A stretch of 43,997 bases of DNA from an uncultured Jannaschia sp. (lineage in GTDB: Bacteria > Pseudomonadota > Alphaproteobacteria > Rhodobacterales > Rhodobacteraceae). The stretch is from NCBI GenBank assembly GCA_937916365.1, contig CALFSY010000249.1, positions 1 through 43,997 of the forward strand. Reading direction: 5' to 3'. The translations under genes and the position numbers were made by a program. Positions 18,914-29,420 of this stretch are shown one piece after another. The notes under the pieces are model-generated. The model was not told where the DNA came from, did not search any database, and saw nothing but the letters and a program-made list of their open reading frames with translations. Position 1 is the stretch's first letter; every line of letters begins with the position of its first letter.

Positions 18914-19999
18914 TCACGACGGGTGGTGGTGCTCCAACAAATTCTTATAAATGGCGTTGATGGCGGCGACCTCCCCCGCAATGGGGAAATTTTTGGTGAT
19001 GTGCGCGCGTGCGGCGTCGGCCCGCCGTGCGCGTTCGGCGGGGTTATCAAAATAATATGCCGCTGCGGTGGTCATCGCGGCCACGTCCCCGGGTGGAACC
19101 AACGCGCCGGTTACACCATCAATCACCAATTCCTCAAACGCGCCCACGCGCGTGGCAATCGTAGGCACGCCGCAGGCCATGGCCTCTAACGGGGTTAGCC
19201 CGAACCCCTCCCACCGTTGGGGGGCAATAAATAAGTCTAACGCGCGATACCAATCGGCGACGGCGTCCACCGGCACTTCGGGGACGAACCGGATGCGGTG
19301 TGCCATCCCATGATCGGCCACCTTGGCCTGCAGATCTTTTTCAAAGCGCCGGTGCCCTTCGGTTGCGCGCCCCATGACGATGGCCGTGACATCGGGTCGG
19401 TCGCGTAAAACGTGTATCATAGCATCAACAAATACATCCGTTCCCTTTTGGGCCCGTATGCGCCCAAAACATCCCACCAACAGCCCGGGCGGCATGTTTA
19501 AGGCCGATTTTATCATGGCCCGATTAGCAGGCGGCGAAAACTGTTCTATATCAATGCCATGCAGAATTACTGTTGAGGGCCGTTTCAGGTATCGGGCGGT
19601 GTTAGCGGATGTGGAAATCACCGTGTCCATTTGCCCGATTAACCATTTTGAATATGCCGTATGGTCGCGTTGCGAGGCAGATGTGAACAGAAGTTTTAAG
19701 TTTTTACGCAAGATATATTTTAAGATGATGCCAACCAGCATTTCGGAATTTCGCCGCGCATGCCAAACACGCGCGCCTGAGGGGCCATTGCGCGACATGG
19801 CAATAACATCGCGCATCTTTATGTGTGGCACATGGGGGGGTAAATTGGGCGCAACCACAGCGATTGCCATCGTCGCGTGTTGCAGTGGCACCAGGCGCAC
19901 GATGGTGGCTGTTACACCGGATAAGCGACGTTTGAAATTTGGTGCAATAATGTCAATCTGACCTGCATTCAAATTATCCATAAATCTAAACCTTGACAT
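18914..19999 (-). CDS. Glycosyltransferase family 4 / group 1
   Basis: 361 aa. The C-terminal GT-B signature is present (…LFIAPQRWEGFGLTPLEAMACGVPTIATRVGAFEELV…). Confidence 0.8.
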   Translation of the reverse strand: MSRFRFMDNLNAGQIDIIAPNFKRRLSGVTATIVRLVPLQHATMAIAVVAPNLPPHVPHIKMRDVIAMSRNGPSGARVWHARRNSEMLVGIILKYILRKNLKLLFTSASQRDHTAYSKWLIGQMDTVISTSANTARYLKRPSTVILHGIDIEQFSPPANRAMIKSALNMPPGLLVGCFGRIRAQKGTDVFVDAMIHVLRDRPDVTAIVMGRATEGHRRFEKDLQAKVADHGMAHRIRFVPEVPVDAVADWYRALDLFIAPQRWEGFGLTPLEAMACGVPTIATRVGAFEELVIDGVTGALVPPGDVAAMTTAAAYYFDNPAERARRADAARAHITKNFPIAGEVAAINAIYKNLLEHHHPS

Positions 20000-20222
20000 C
20001 CTGCATTTTTGGAATGACTTTGCTTAAAGTAAATCTAGTATTAACTACACCCTAAAACCCATACAAATGGTGTCTATATGTCAAAAAATTGCCTGTATCA
20101 TTGTTTGAACAAGATCACTTGTACTACGCAATATACCATATAATTAACCGCGAAAACGCCTTAGTTTAGTCAAATTTACTCTTTACACCTCTAACCACAA
20201 CTAAATCTACCCGAGGCTAGAC

Positions 20223-20813
20223 ATGAACAGAAACATATCACTTTTGGCAATGGTTTTTGCCTTTTTGGCCGGTCCGGTCTGGGCGGCAGGTGCGATTCGC
20301 CCTGCGGCAAGCGACCCCGTCGTTATTCCACCCCCGGTCAACCTATCCACCTCTGATTGGACTGGTTTTTCAACCGGTCTTCAGCTTGGTTATGGTAACG
20401 CTGACGCAAGCGGCGCAGTAACCGCAGATGGGGATGGTCCCCTTTATGGTTTGCGCGGCTATTATGACTACGATTTCGGCAATTTCGTGTTGGGTGGTGG
20501 CCTTCAATTTGATGGTGCAGACATTGATGTTGGATCTGCAACAACGATCGAATCTGTTCTGCGCTTGGCCGCACGTGCCGGTGTCGACCTAGATCGTAAC
20601 TGGCTTTACGGCACATGGGGTGCCGCACGCGCGAGCACATCAACAGTAGGTGATTCTGTAGGTTACTTCCTAGGTGCAGGGTATGAGGTTTTCCTCGGTC
20701 AGTCCCTGACCGCAGGGGCAGAGGTGTTGTATCATCGCTTTGAAGATTTCGATCTGAACAACCTAGATGTAGAAGCAACAACTGTTGGCCTATCGTTGAA
20801 CTATCGCTTTTGA
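20223..20813 (+). CDS. Outer-membrane beta-barrel protein (OmpA-like/Omp25-porin family)
   Basis: It has a signal peptide (MNRNISLLAMVFAFLAGPVWAAG). The sequence shows alternating Gly/aromatic beta-strand character and a C-terminal …LSLNYRF with terminal Phe. Confidence 0.75.
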   Translation: MNRNISLLAMVFAFLAGPVWAAGAIRPAASDPVVIPPPVNLSTSDWTGFSTGLQLGYGNADASGAVTADGDGPLYGLRGYYDYDFGNFVLGGGLQFDGADIDVGSATTIESVLRLAARAGVDLDRNWLYGTWGAARASTSTVGDSVGYFLGAGYEVFLGQSLTAGAEVLYHRFEDFDLNNLDVEATTVGLSLNYRF

Positions 20814-20854
20814 TGGGGGGGCACTATGCCCTAGTCATAAGCCTATCACATAAA

Positions 20855-20893
20855 AACGCCTTTTGGATGATGAATCCGAAGGGCGTTTTTTTT
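20855..20893. terminator. Bidirectional rho-independent terminator between the OMP gene and hemE
   Basis: A 13-bp stem (20855-20867 pairing with 20875-20887, with 2 G-U pairs) closes a 7-nt loop. It is followed by T8 on the + strand and preceded by A5 (T5 on the - strand). Confidence 0.6.
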
Positions 20894-20938
20894 AAGGTAT
20901 GAAGCCGCTTTGACGTGACCAAATCTCATAAGGTGGTT

Positions 20939-21985
20939 TTAACGCCCCCGAAGTGCGTCCAACAATGTATGAACATGATCCGGGTTCGCATCGGGCGTAA
21001 TACCATGGCCAAGATTAAAAATATGTGGTCCACTTTTAAGTGCATCCATAATAGCCCTTGTTTCATCCACCAAAGCCTGCCCACCGGTTACCATATGTTT
21101 GGGGTCTAAATTCCCCTGCACGCAGCTATCGGGTTGCAAATAATCGGCCGCCCACGTGGGGTTGATTTTGGCATCTATGGCCACACATTCCACCCCTGTT
21201 GCCCGCGCAAATCCGATGTAAGCATCCCCTGCCTCGCGCGGGAATGCAATGATCGGTAAATCCGGATGGCGCGATTTTAATGTGGCGACAATGCGTTTCA
21301 CCGGCTCCATGGCATAGCGCCGAAAATCATCCCCCTTTAGCGATCCTGCCCAACTGTCGAACAGTTTGATGATTTCTGCGCCCGCTTGCACCTGTTGGTC
21401 CAGGTATTCGATTGTCGCATCGGTTAATAGGTCGATCAGAGCGTTGAATGTGGCCACATCCGTTTGGCGCAAGGTGTGGGCAGGGCCTTGATCAGGGGTG
21501 CCGCGTCCGGCGATCATATAAGTGGCGACAGTCCATGGCGCGCCGGCAAAACCAATTAATGCCGTGTCAGCAGGCAATTCGTTCGATAAGGTGCGCACGG
21601 TGTCGTAAACCGGGGCAAGGTGATCGTGAATATCATCTTTCCCCTTTAGTTGTGCCACATCAGACGCGGTTGTTGTGGTTGACAATCGTGGCCCTTCGCC
21701 TGTGACAAACCATAAATCTGCGCCAAGTGCATGGGGCAGCAAAAGAATATCTGCAAACAAAATTGCCGCATCAAATCCATATCTGCGGATGGGTTGCAAT
21801 GTAACCTCAACCGCCAAATCGGGGGTGTAACATAGCGATAAAAAATCGCCGGCCTGGGCGCGCGTGGCGCGGTATTCCGGTAAATATCGCCCCGCTTGGC
21901 GCATCAACCACACCGGCGGTGTATCCATGGATTCCCCCGCCAGGCTACGCAGAATTTTTTTGGTTTTGGGCATAGTTTGGGCCAT
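20939..21985 (-). CDS. hemE: Uroporphyrinogen decarboxylase
   Basis: 348 aa. It carries the …[17 protein letters not shown]… signature and is HemE-like over its full length. Confidence 0.95.
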   Translation of the reverse strand: MAQTMPKTKKILRSLAGESMDTPPVWLMRQAGRYLPEYRATRAQAGDFLSLCYTPDLAVEVTLQPIRRYGFDAAILFADILLLPHALGADLWFVTGEGPRLSTTTTASDVAQLKGKDDIHDHLAPVYDTVRTLSNELPADTALIGFAGAPWTVATYMIAGRGTPDQGPAHTLRQTDVATFNALIDLLTDATIEYLDQQVQAGAEIIKLFDSWAGSLKGDDFRRYAMEPVKRIVATLKSRHPDLPIIAFPREAGDAYIGFARATGVECVAIDAKINPTWAADYLQPDSCVQGNLDPKHMVTGGQALVDETRAIMDALKSGPHIFNLGHGITPDANPDHVHTLLDALRGR

Positions 21986-22045
21986 TTCAACAAAGACAAC
22001 AGGCCGTATAAAGGCCCCGCATCATCGGTGATACGCAAACCTAAT

Positions 22046-22063
22046 TGTCACGTGTCATGGACA
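22046..22063. promoter_or_regulatory. Single PpsR/CrtJ-type palindrome TGT-N12-ACA in the hemE/hemC divergent region
   Basis: TGTcacgtgtcatggACA lies at 22046-22063 and ends 17 nt before the hemC ATG. A single copy of a 6-base motif could arise by chance. Confidence 0.4.
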
Positions 22064-22079
22064 CATATACAAGGGCAAT

Positions 22080-23030
22080 ATGGCCTTTGATCTACCCACA
22101 CCCACACACCCCCTAAAGATTGGCACACGTGGATCGCCCCTGGCCCTGGCCCAGGCGCATGAAACCCGCAATCGTTTGGCCACCGCGTTTGATTTGCCTT
22201 TTGAGGCATTTGATATTCAGATCATTACAACCAGCGGCGACCGTATTTTAGATAAACCTTTGAAAACGGTGGGGGGTAAGGGGCTTTTCACCAAAGAAAT
22301 CGAAGACGCGCTTTTGTCCGGCGATATTGATATTGCCGTGCATTCGATGAAAGACATGCCAACGATGCAACACCCAGGATTGTTATTGGATTGTTTTTTA
22401 CCGCGCGAAGACCCCCGCGATGGTTTTGTGTCGCTGACCCATACGACCCTGTCCGATATGCCGCCGGAGGTATGCATCGGCACATCCAGCCTTAGGCGAC
22501 GCGCACAAATTTTGGCGCGGCGGCCCGATTTACGGGTGGTGGAATTTCGCGGGAATGTGCAAACGCGGCTGCGAAAACTGTCTGATGGTGTGGCGCAGGC
22601 AACGTTTCTTGCCATGGCAGGGTTGCGCCGTTTGGGGATGGCACACGTCGCAAAAACCGCCATTGCGGTTGACGATATGTTGCCCGCCATCGCCCAAGGG
22701 GCCATCGGGCTTGAACGCCGTTCACAGGATCATCGTGCCGCAATGATGTGTGAGGCGGTCCAACACTCCCCCACGGCACAACGCCTGGCGGCGGAACGGG
22801 CGTTTTTGGCAGGTCTTGACGGATCATGCGAAACCCCCATTGCCGGATTGGCAGAATTGTCCGGCGGCACCCTGCGGTTGCGGGGGGAAATCCTGCGTCC
22901 CAATGGATCAGAGGTATTGTCAGACGACCAAACAGCCTCGGTTGAAGATGGCGCCACACTTGGCGCGGTCATGGCGCACGATTTGCGCACCAAAGCGGGG
23001 CCTAGGTTTTTCGATTGGATTACGGCGTAA
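22080..23030 (+). CDS. hemC: Hydroxymethylbilane synthase (porphobilinogen deaminase)
   Basis: 316 aa. It carries [14 protein letters not shown]… and later …[11 protein letters not shown]… (the dipyrromethane cofactor Cys region). Confidence 0.95.
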   Translation: MAFDLPTPTHPLKIGTRGSPLALAQAHETRNRLATAFDLPFEAFDIQIITTSGDRILDKPLKTVGGKGLFTKEIEDALLSGDIDIAVHSMKDMPTMQHPGLLLDCFLPREDPRDGFVSLTHTTLSDMPPEVCIGTSSLRRRAQILARRPDLRVVEFRGNVQTRLRKLSDGVAQATFLAMAGLRRLGMAHVAKTAIAVDDMLPAIAQGAIGLERRSQDHRAAMMCEAVQHSPTAQRLAAERAFLAGLDGSCETPIAGLAELSGGTLRLRGEILRPNGSEVLSDDQTASVEDGATLGAVMAHDLRTKAGPRFFDWITA

Positions 23031-23031
23031 C

Positions 23032-24093
23032 ATGAAACTATTGGTCACAGGGGGGGCGGGATTTATCGGATCCGCCGTTGTGCGATTGGCCGTAGCGCGT
23101 GGGCATAGGGTGGTCAATGTTGACGCCCTAACCTATGCCGCATGTTTGGATAATGTCGCGTCGGTGGCGCAAAGCTCGCTTTATGCCTTTGAAAAGGCTG
23201 ATATTCGCGACCGCGCAGCGATGGATCGGGTGCTTACCACCCATCGGCCCGATGCGATCTTGCATCTGGCCGCCGAAAGCCACGTTGACCGATCCATTGA
23301 TGGCCCGGGAACGTTTATCGACACCAACATCACCGGAACCTACACGTTGTTAGAGGCCGCGCGCACCTATTGGGCAAACGCAGGCAGCCCGCCGGATTTT
23401 CGGTTTTTGCACGTATCAACGGACGAGGTGTATGGATCGCTTGGCCCAACGGGCTTTTTTACCGAAGATACGCCCCATGCCCCGAACAGCCCATATTCCG
23501 CGTCAAAGGCCGCGTCGGATCATTTGGTGCGGGCATGGTTTGAAACCTATGGGTTGCCCACACTTATCACCCACTGTTCCAACAATTATGGGCCATATCA
23601 GTTTCCCGAAAAATTGATTCCCGTGGTGATTTTGCACGCATGTGCGGGGCAGTCTATTCCGGTTTATGGGGATGGTTTGAACATCCGCGATTGGCTGTTT
23701 GTAGAAGATCACGCCAAAGCGTTGTTGTTGGTGTGTGAACGCGGTGCGGTTGGCGGGCGCTACAACATTGGGGGGCACAACGAAATGCGCAATATCGACC
23801 TGGTGCGCACAATTTGTGGCGTTTTGGATGACCGCAGGCCCACCATGACACCGCATGATCGGCTGATCACGTTTGTGGCCGACCGCCCCGGTCACGACCA
23901 ACGCTATGCCATTGATGCACAACGTATTCACCAAGACCTTGGATGGATGCCATCGGTCACTGTGGCCGAAGGTTTGGCAAAAACCGTCGATTGGTATTTG
24001 GAACATGAACCCTGGTGGCGCGCGCTGCAAAATCGCGATGGGGTTGGCGCACGCTTGGGCCAAACCCAGGGGCAGGCGGGTGGTGCGGGATGA
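23032..24093 (+). CDS. rfbB: dTDP-glucose 4,6-dehydratase
   Basis: The sequence [17 protein letters not shown]…[17 protein letters not shown]… shows the GxxGxxG and YxxxK motifs. ATG 23032 lies 1 nt after the hemC TAA. The ORF-track start at 22750 lies inside hemC. Confidence 0.95.
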   Translation: MKLLVTGGAGFIGSAVVRLAVARGHRVVNVDALTYAACLDNVASVAQSSLYAFEKADIRDRAAMDRVLTTHRPDAILHLAAESHVDRSIDGPGTFIDTNITGTYTLLEAARTYWANAGSPPDFRFLHVSTDEVYGSLGPTGFFTEDTPHAPNSPYSASKAASDHLVRAWFETYGLPTLITHCSNNYGPYQFPEKLIPVVILHACAGQSIPVYGDGLNIRDWLFVEDHAKALLLVCERGAVGGRYNIGGHNEMRNIDLVRTICGVLDDRRPTMTPHDRLITFVADRPGHDQRYAIDAQRIHQDLGWMPSVTVAEGLAKTVDWYLEHEPWWRALQNRDGVGARLGQTQGQAGGAG

Positions 24094-24977
24094 CACTTTT
24101 GGTGTTCGGTAAAACGGGGCAAGTGGCCACCGAATTGGGCCTGGCGGCCGCCGATCATATCACAGCGTTGGATCGCACAGAGGCCGATTTGACCGATCCT
24201 GCGGCCTGTGCGGCGGCGATACGGCGCATCGCGCCCCGCGCCGTCATTAACGCCGCCGCCTATACAAATGTCGATCAGGCAGAGGATAAAGAAGACCTTG
24301 CCACACGCATCAACGCCGCCGCCCCGGGCGCAATGGCTGCGGCCTGCGCCGATCTTGGCATTCCATTGGTTCATCTTTCCACGGATTACGTTTTTTCCGG
24401 CGCAGGCACGGCCCCCTGGCCGCCAGAGGCCGCGATCGCACCCATAGGCGCTTATGGCCGATCCAAAGCAAAGGGCGAGGTGGCGGTGCGCACCGCAGGC
24501 GGGGTTCATGCGATTGTGCGCACGTCTTGGATCGTATCGGCCTACGGCAAAAATTTTGTCAAAACGCTTTTGCGTTTGGGGCCAACACGCGTGGCGTTGC
24601 CCGTTGTGGCCGATCAAACGGGTGGCCCCACCCCGGCACGCGCCATCGCACAGGCATGTCTTAACATTGCGGCGCAACTGATCGTCAGCCCCAATAAAAC
24701 CGGCACCTATCATTTTGCGGGGGCGCCTGATACATCATGGGCCGATTTTGGGCGCGCCATTTTTCGACAGGCCGGTGTGCCATGCGACATTACCGATATT
24801 CCAAGCGCGGCTTATCCCACCAAAGCGATCAGGCCATTAAATTCGCGCCTAGATTGCCGCACAACCGAAGATAAGTTTCAAATTACCCGCCCCGATTGGC
24901 GCGTGCATCTGGCCCATATCCTGACACAGGTACGCGGCACAGATACACATTCATCCATTGCCCCGCCCCCACTTTGA
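24090..24977 (+). CDS. rfbD: dTDP-4-dehydrorhamnose reductase
   Basis: The sequence [16 protein letters not shown]…[13 protein letters not shown]…STDYVFSG…YGRSKAKGE is RfbD-like. Its ATG overlaps the rfbB TGA (ATGA). Confidence 0.9.
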   Translation: MTLLVFGKTGQVATELGLAAADHITALDRTEADLTDPAACAAAIRRIAPRAVINAAAYTNVDQAEDKEDLATRINAAAPGAMAAACADLGIPLVHLSTDYVFSGAGTAPWPPEAAIAPIGAYGRSKAKGEVAVRTAGGVHAIVRTSWIVSAYGKNFVKTLLRLGPTRVALPVVADQTGGPTPARAIAQACLNIAAQLIVSPNKTGTYHFAGAPDTSWADFGRAIFRQAGVPCDITDIPSAAYPTKAIRPLNSRLDCRTTEDKFQITRPDWRVHLAHILTQVRGTDTHSSIAPPPL

Positions 24978-24991
24978 AATAGGACTTGGTT

Positions 24992-25876
24992 ATGACGCAC
25001 CCGCATTCCGGCCCGCGTAAGGGCATCATTTTGGCGGGCGGGTCGGGCACCCGGCTGCATCCAATCACCATCGGGGTGTCAAAACAGCTTTTGCCGATTT
25101 ACGACAAACCTATGGTTTACTACCCGCTAAGCGTGTTGATGTTGGCAGGTATCCGCGACATCGCCATCATCACCACCCCCCACGATCAAGATCAATTCCA
25201 ACGCACGCTGGGCGATGGGGGGCAGTGGGGCCTGTCGCTAACCTATATCACACAGCCCAGCCCGGACGGTTTGGCACAGGCCTATATCCTGGCCCAGACG
25301 TTTTTGGGCGGTGCCCCATCGGCGATGATTTTGGGCGACAATATCTTTTTCGGTCAGGGTTTGCCCGATATGATGGCCCGCGCCGATCGCAAAACCACGG
25401 GCGGCACGGTGTTTGGCTATCGCGTGGCCGATCCGGAACGATACGGTGTGGTGGAATTTTCCGACAACGGATCGGTGCGCGCCATTATCGAAAAACCCGA
25501 AATCCCCCCATCGAACTTTGCCGTAACAGGCCTTTATTTTTTGGATCATACCGCGCCCGAACGGGCAATGGCGGTGCGGCCCTCGGCCCGGGGGGAACTT
25601 GAAATAAAATCCGTTTTAGACAGTTACCTGGCCGAAGATGCGCTAGACGTGGCCGAAATGGGGCGTGGGTATGCGTGGTTAGACACCGGCACCCACGCCA
25701 GCCTGCTGGACGCGGCAAACTTTGTGCGCACATTACAAGAACGCCAAGGCCTACAAATCGGTAGCCCCGATGAAATTGCCCTAACCCAAGGGTGGATTTC
25801 AACCGAAGCTCTGGCCGAACGCGCCCATATGTTCGGCAAAACCGCCTATGGCCGATATTTGAAATCGTTACTGTGA
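24992..25876 (+). CDS. rfbA: Glucose-1-phosphate thymidylyltransferase
   Basis: It carries KGIILAGGSGTRLHPIT…SKQLLPIYDKPMVYYPLS…, the canonical RmlA signature. ATG 24992 lies within the ORF called from TTG 24986. Confidence 0.95.
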   Translation: MTHPHSGPRKGIILAGGSGTRLHPITIGVSKQLLPIYDKPMVYYPLSVLMLAGIRDIAIITTPHDQDQFQRTLGDGGQWGLSLTYITQPSPDGLAQAYILAQTFLGGAPSAMILGDNIFFGQGLPDMMARADRKTTGGTVFGYRVADPERYGVVEFSDNGSVRAIIEKPEIPPSNFAVTGLYFLDHTAPERAMAVRPSARGELEIKSVLDSYLAEDALDVAEMGRGYAWLDTGTHASLLDAANFVRTLQERQGLQIGSPDEIALTQGWISTEALAERAHMFGKTAYGRYLKSLL

Positions 25877-25902
25877 CACGATCGCGGGCGTGGTATTTTG
25901 AT

Positions 25903-26955
25903 TTATCCCCTCATCCGTGCGCCGGTTTCGGGGTGAAAGAACAGCACGTGCGCCGGATCGACGTGCAGGCCAACGCGGGTTTTGGGGGGCGGGGTGGCTT
26001 GATCATGGGCCTCAACACTTAGGCGGGTGGTATCGGGGGCGGTCAGGTAATGGTAACTCACCCCGCCCAGGTGTTCGGATAAATCAACGATATGCGTGGT
26101 GCCCTCAACGATCGTCATGTGATTGGGGCGCAGGCCGATTGTGACCGCCCCATCAGGGATTGCCGGCGCGGGCAGCATCACATTGCCAAGCGCGGGCACA
26201 CGCACTTGCCCGCCTGTGACTGTGCCGTCCAGGAAATTCATCGCCGGACTGCCGATAAACCCAGCCACAAACCGATTGTCAGGGTCGTTATAAAGATCCA
26301 ACGGGCGACCCACCTGGGCAATCCGCCCCGCATTTAGCACAACGATTTTATCGGCCAGCGTCATCGCCTCGGTCTGGTCATGGGTGACATAGATCATTGT
26401 GGCGCCGATTTCTTTGTGCAATCGCGCGATTTCCACCCGCATACCAACCCGCAGCTCGGCATCCAGGTTTGATAACGGTTCGTCGAACAAAAATACCTCT
26501 GGCCCGCGCACGATGGCCCGCCCGATGGCCACGCGCTGTCGCTGTCCGCCGGACAGGGCCTTGGGTTTGCGATTAAGATAGTCGTCGAGTTTTAGGATAT
26601 GCGCGGCCTGGGTGACCTTTTCGTCGATCGCGGCCTTGTTGTGCCCCGTCATCCGCAGGCCAAAGCCCATGTTTTGCGCCACCGTCATATGCGGATAAAG
26701 TGCGTAGGATTGAAACACCATGGCAACCCCACGATCAGAGGGATCAAGATGCGTCACATCGCGGGTGCCGATGGAAATTTTGCCCTGGGTCGTTTGCTCC
26801 AACCCCGCGACCATGCGCAACAACGTGGATTTGCCGCACCCCGATGGGCCGACGAACACGCAAAATTCGCCGTCGTCGATGTGCAAATCAATGCCATGGA
26901 TGACCTGGGTTGCCCCGTATCGTTTGACCACCTGATCAAGGTGCACGCCTGACAT
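25903..26955 (-). CDS. Sugar ABC transporter ATP-binding protein (MalK/UgpC type)
   Basis: Walker A (GPSGCGKST), the [14 protein letters not shown] signature and Walker B ([10 protein letters not shown]) are present, along with a C-terminal MalK-like regulatory domain. ATG 26955 is preceded by aagga. GTG 26970 is an alternative start. Confidence 0.9.
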   Translation of the reverse strand: MSGVHLDQVVKRYGATQVIHGIDLHIDDGEFCVFVGPSGCGKSTLLRMVAGLEQTTQGKISIGTRDVTHLDPSDRGVAMVFQSYALYPHMTVAQNMGFGLRMTGHNKAAIDEKVTQAAHILKLDDYLNRKPKALSGGQRQRVAIGRAIVRGPEVFLFDEPLSNLDAELRVGMRVEIARLHKEIGATMIYVTHDQTEAMTLADKIVVLNAGRIAQVGRPLDLYNDPDNRFVAGFIGSPAMNFLDGTVTGGQVRVPALGNVMLPAPAIPDGAVTIGLRPNHMTIVEGTTHIVDLSEHLGGVSYHYLTAPDTTRLSVEAHDQATPPPKTRVGLHVDPAHVLFFHPETGARMRG

Positions 26956-27111
26956 GGCCGTTCCTTTCACGTTTGCCGTTTTACGGTATACTGCATCAAT
27001 ACCGTGACTTTCCCTTCGTGTTGGGTGTTGACAAGCCTATGCAGACCCTTGCAACGATTTCAATATCAGAAAACGAAGGTTCCGCTTATGGAACCGGTTA
27101 GGGAGGATACA

Positions 27112-28374
27112 ATGAATTTCATTTCCAAAACCGGCGCGGCGGCGTTGGTGGCGGCCCTGGTCCCCATGGGCCCGGCGCTGGCCGATGGTCACGATGCGCT
27201 GACCGGCACGTTGCGCATATTCTCGGACATGTCGAACCCTGCCCCCCGCGCGATTATGGAGGGGTTGGCGGCCGAGTTTGACGCAATGCACCCCGATTTA
27301 ACGGTCGAGCTGCAAGTGGTGGATCGTGAGGCCTGGAAAACTCAGATCCGCAACGTTTTATCGGCCGATCCACCCGATGTGGTCAACTGGTATGCCGCCA
27401 ACCGCATGGGCCCGTATGTGAACGCAGGGCTGTTTATGGACATCACCGAATGGTGGGATGCGGGCGATTTTGAGGGCCTTGAATCCGTGCGCGGCGCGAT
27501 GACTATGAACGATGCCGTGTGGGGCGTGCCCTATACCTATTACCAATGGGGCATCTATTACCGTGAGGATATTTTCAACGACCTGGGCCTAAGCGAACCC
27601 GAAACGTTTGAGGAAGAGATTGCAAATTGTCAGGTTATCGTTGATTCGGGCCGCGCCTGTTATGCCATTGGATCGCGGTTTTTGTGGACAGCAGGCGGAT
27701 GGTTTGATTACCTGAACATGCGCACCAACGGGTTCGAGTTTCACATGGCGCTCGCGCGCGGTGAAATCCCGTGGACCGATGATCGTGTGCGTGACACATT
27801 TGCCAACTGGCAACGCCTGATCGACATGGGCGCCTTTATCGAAGATCACCAAACCTATAGCTGGCAAGAGGCATTGCCGTTTGTCGTGAATGGGCAGGCC
27901 ACGGCCTATCTGATCGGTAATTTCGCGGTGCCGCACCTGCGCGATGCGGGGTTAACCGACGATCAGCTTGATTTTTATCAATTCCCCATCATCACCGCTG
28001 GTTTGCCCCAGGGCGAAGATGCGCCAACAGATACGTTCCACGTGGCCAGCGGCGCACAAAATGTCGAGGCCGCGCGCGCGTTCCTACAATTCGTCACCTC
28101 GGCCGAGGTGCAGGGCCGCATCAACGGGCCCGATGGGTTGGGGCAGTTGCCGATCAACGCAAATGCGTCTGTCGCCGATGATGAGTTTATCCAGCAAGGG
28201 TTTGAAATGCTGTCAACCAACGCCCAGGGCGGCATTGCACAGTTTTTCGACCGTGACTTTCCCGCCGAAATGGCATCGGTCGGGATGGAAGGTTTGCAGG
28301 AGTTCATGGTGTTTCCCGAAAACCTGGACGATATTTTGGACCGGTTAGAGGCCGCGCGGCAGCGCATTTATTAA
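27112..28374 (+). CDS. ABC transporter extracellular sugar-binding protein
   Basis: It has a signal peptide (MNFISKTGAAALVAALVPMGPALA) and an SD gggagga. It is a family-1 SBP-like protein placed upstream of two permease genes. Confidence 0.85.
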   Translation: MNFISKTGAAALVAALVPMGPALADGHDALTGTLRIFSDMSNPAPRAIMEGLAAEFDAMHPDLTVELQVVDREAWKTQIRNVLSADPPDVVNWYAANRMGPYVNAGLFMDITEWWDAGDFEGLESVRGAMTMNDAVWGVPYTYYQWGIYYREDIFNDLGLSEPETFEEEIANCQVIVDSGRACYAIGSRFLWTAGGWFDYLNMRTNGFEFHMALARGEIPWTDDRVRDTFANWQRLIDMGAFIEDHQTYSWQEALPFVVNGQATAYLIGNFAVPHLRDAGLTDDQLDFYQFPIITAGLPQGEDAPTDTFHVASGAQNVEAARAFLQFVTSAEVQGRINGPDGLGQLPINANASVADDEFIQQGFEMLSTNAQGGIAQFFDRDFPAEMASVGMEGLQEFMVFPENLDDILDRLEAARQRIY

Positions 28375-28382
28375 GCACATCT

Positions 28383-28417
28383 CTACCCCGCGCCGTGGAC
28401 GTTGAGGTGCGGGGTAG
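28383..28417 (+). promoter_or_regulatory. Intercistronic hairpin after the binding-protein gene
   Basis: CTACCCCGC (28383-28391) pairs with GCGGGGTAG (28409-28417) as a 9-bp stem around a 17-nt loop. A weak T tract (atgtttt) follows downstream. Confidence 0.35.
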
Positions 28418-28488
28418 ACCTCAAATGTTTTCGCCACCAAGTGCCCAAAATATCGTAGGCACGTTCGCACAATAACAAAGGCCCGCCC

Positions 28489-29418
28489 ATGGCCACCACC
28501 GACACACCATTGGCTGTTGATCCACGCACAACCTGGTTTGCGCGCCACCGCATGGTGGTGACGCCACTGTTGTTTTTGGCGCCTGGTGTTTTGTTTTTTG
28601 CGGTCTACGTTATTGTGCCCATTTTCCAATCCATCGGGATTTCGTTTTACGAATGGGATGGGTTGGGCGATGCCACCTATGTGGGGTTGCGCAATTATCA
28701 GGAATTGGTGACGGACCGAAACTTTGAAATATCGCTTTGGAACAACCTAAAATGGCTGTTGCTGTATTTGCTGGCCATTCCGGCGGGGCTATTTATGGCG
28801 TTGTTCTTAAATCAAACGGTTATGGGCATTCGCCTGTATAAATCATTGTTTTTCTTTCCTTTTGTCCTTAGCCAAGTCGTGGTGGGGTTGGTGTTTTCGT
28901 GGTTTTATTTACCGCGTGAGGGGCTTTTGAACGGGGTGTTGGGGATGGTTGGTTTGGGCCCCGTTAATGTGTTGGGCGACCCGGCCCTGGCCACCTATGG
29001 CATTATTGTCGCCGGTCTCTGGCCGCAAACGGCCTATTGTATGATCCTTTATTTAACCGGGCTCAACGCTGTTGACCCCGAACAGATTGAGGCTGGGCGC
29101 CTTGACGGGGCAAAGGGGTGGAACATGTTGTGGCACGTGGTGTTGCCGCAACTGCGCCCTGCGACATTCATCGCCTTTGTGGTCACGATCATCGGCGCGC
29201 TGCGGTCGTTTGACCTGATCTCGATCATGACAAATGGCGGGCCGTTTGGATCCACCCGGGTGCTGAGCTTTTATATGTTTGAAAAAGCGCTAAGCGAATT
29301 TGGCTTTCGCATGGGCTATGGATCGGCCATTGCGGTGGTGTTGTTCTTGATCATGTTGGTTTTTATCGGATATTTCCTCTACGCCATGTGGCGCGATGAG
29401 GGGGAGGCGCGGCGATAA
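28489..29418 (+). CDS. Sugar ABC transporter permease (MalF/UgpA-like)
   Basis: 309 aa with 6 predicted TM segments and an EAA-like loop (…DPEQIEAGRLDGAKGWNMLWHVVLPQLRPA…). Confidence 0.88.
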   Translation: MATTDTPLAVDPRTTWFARHRMVVTPLLFLAPGVLFFAVYVIVPIFQSIGISFYEWDGLGDATYVGLRNYQELVTDRNFEISLWNNLKWLLLYLLAIPAGLFMALFLNQTVMGIRLYKSLFFFPFVLSQVVVGLVFSWFYLPREGLLNGVLGMVGLGPVNVLGDPALATYGIIVAGLWPQTAYCMILYLTGLNAVDPEQIEAGRLDGAKGWNMLWHVVLPQLRPATFIAFVVTIIGALRSFDLISIMTNGGPFGSTRVLSFYMFEKALSEFGFRMGYGSAIAVVLFLIMLVFIGYFLYAMWRDEGEARR

Positions 29419-29420
29419 CC

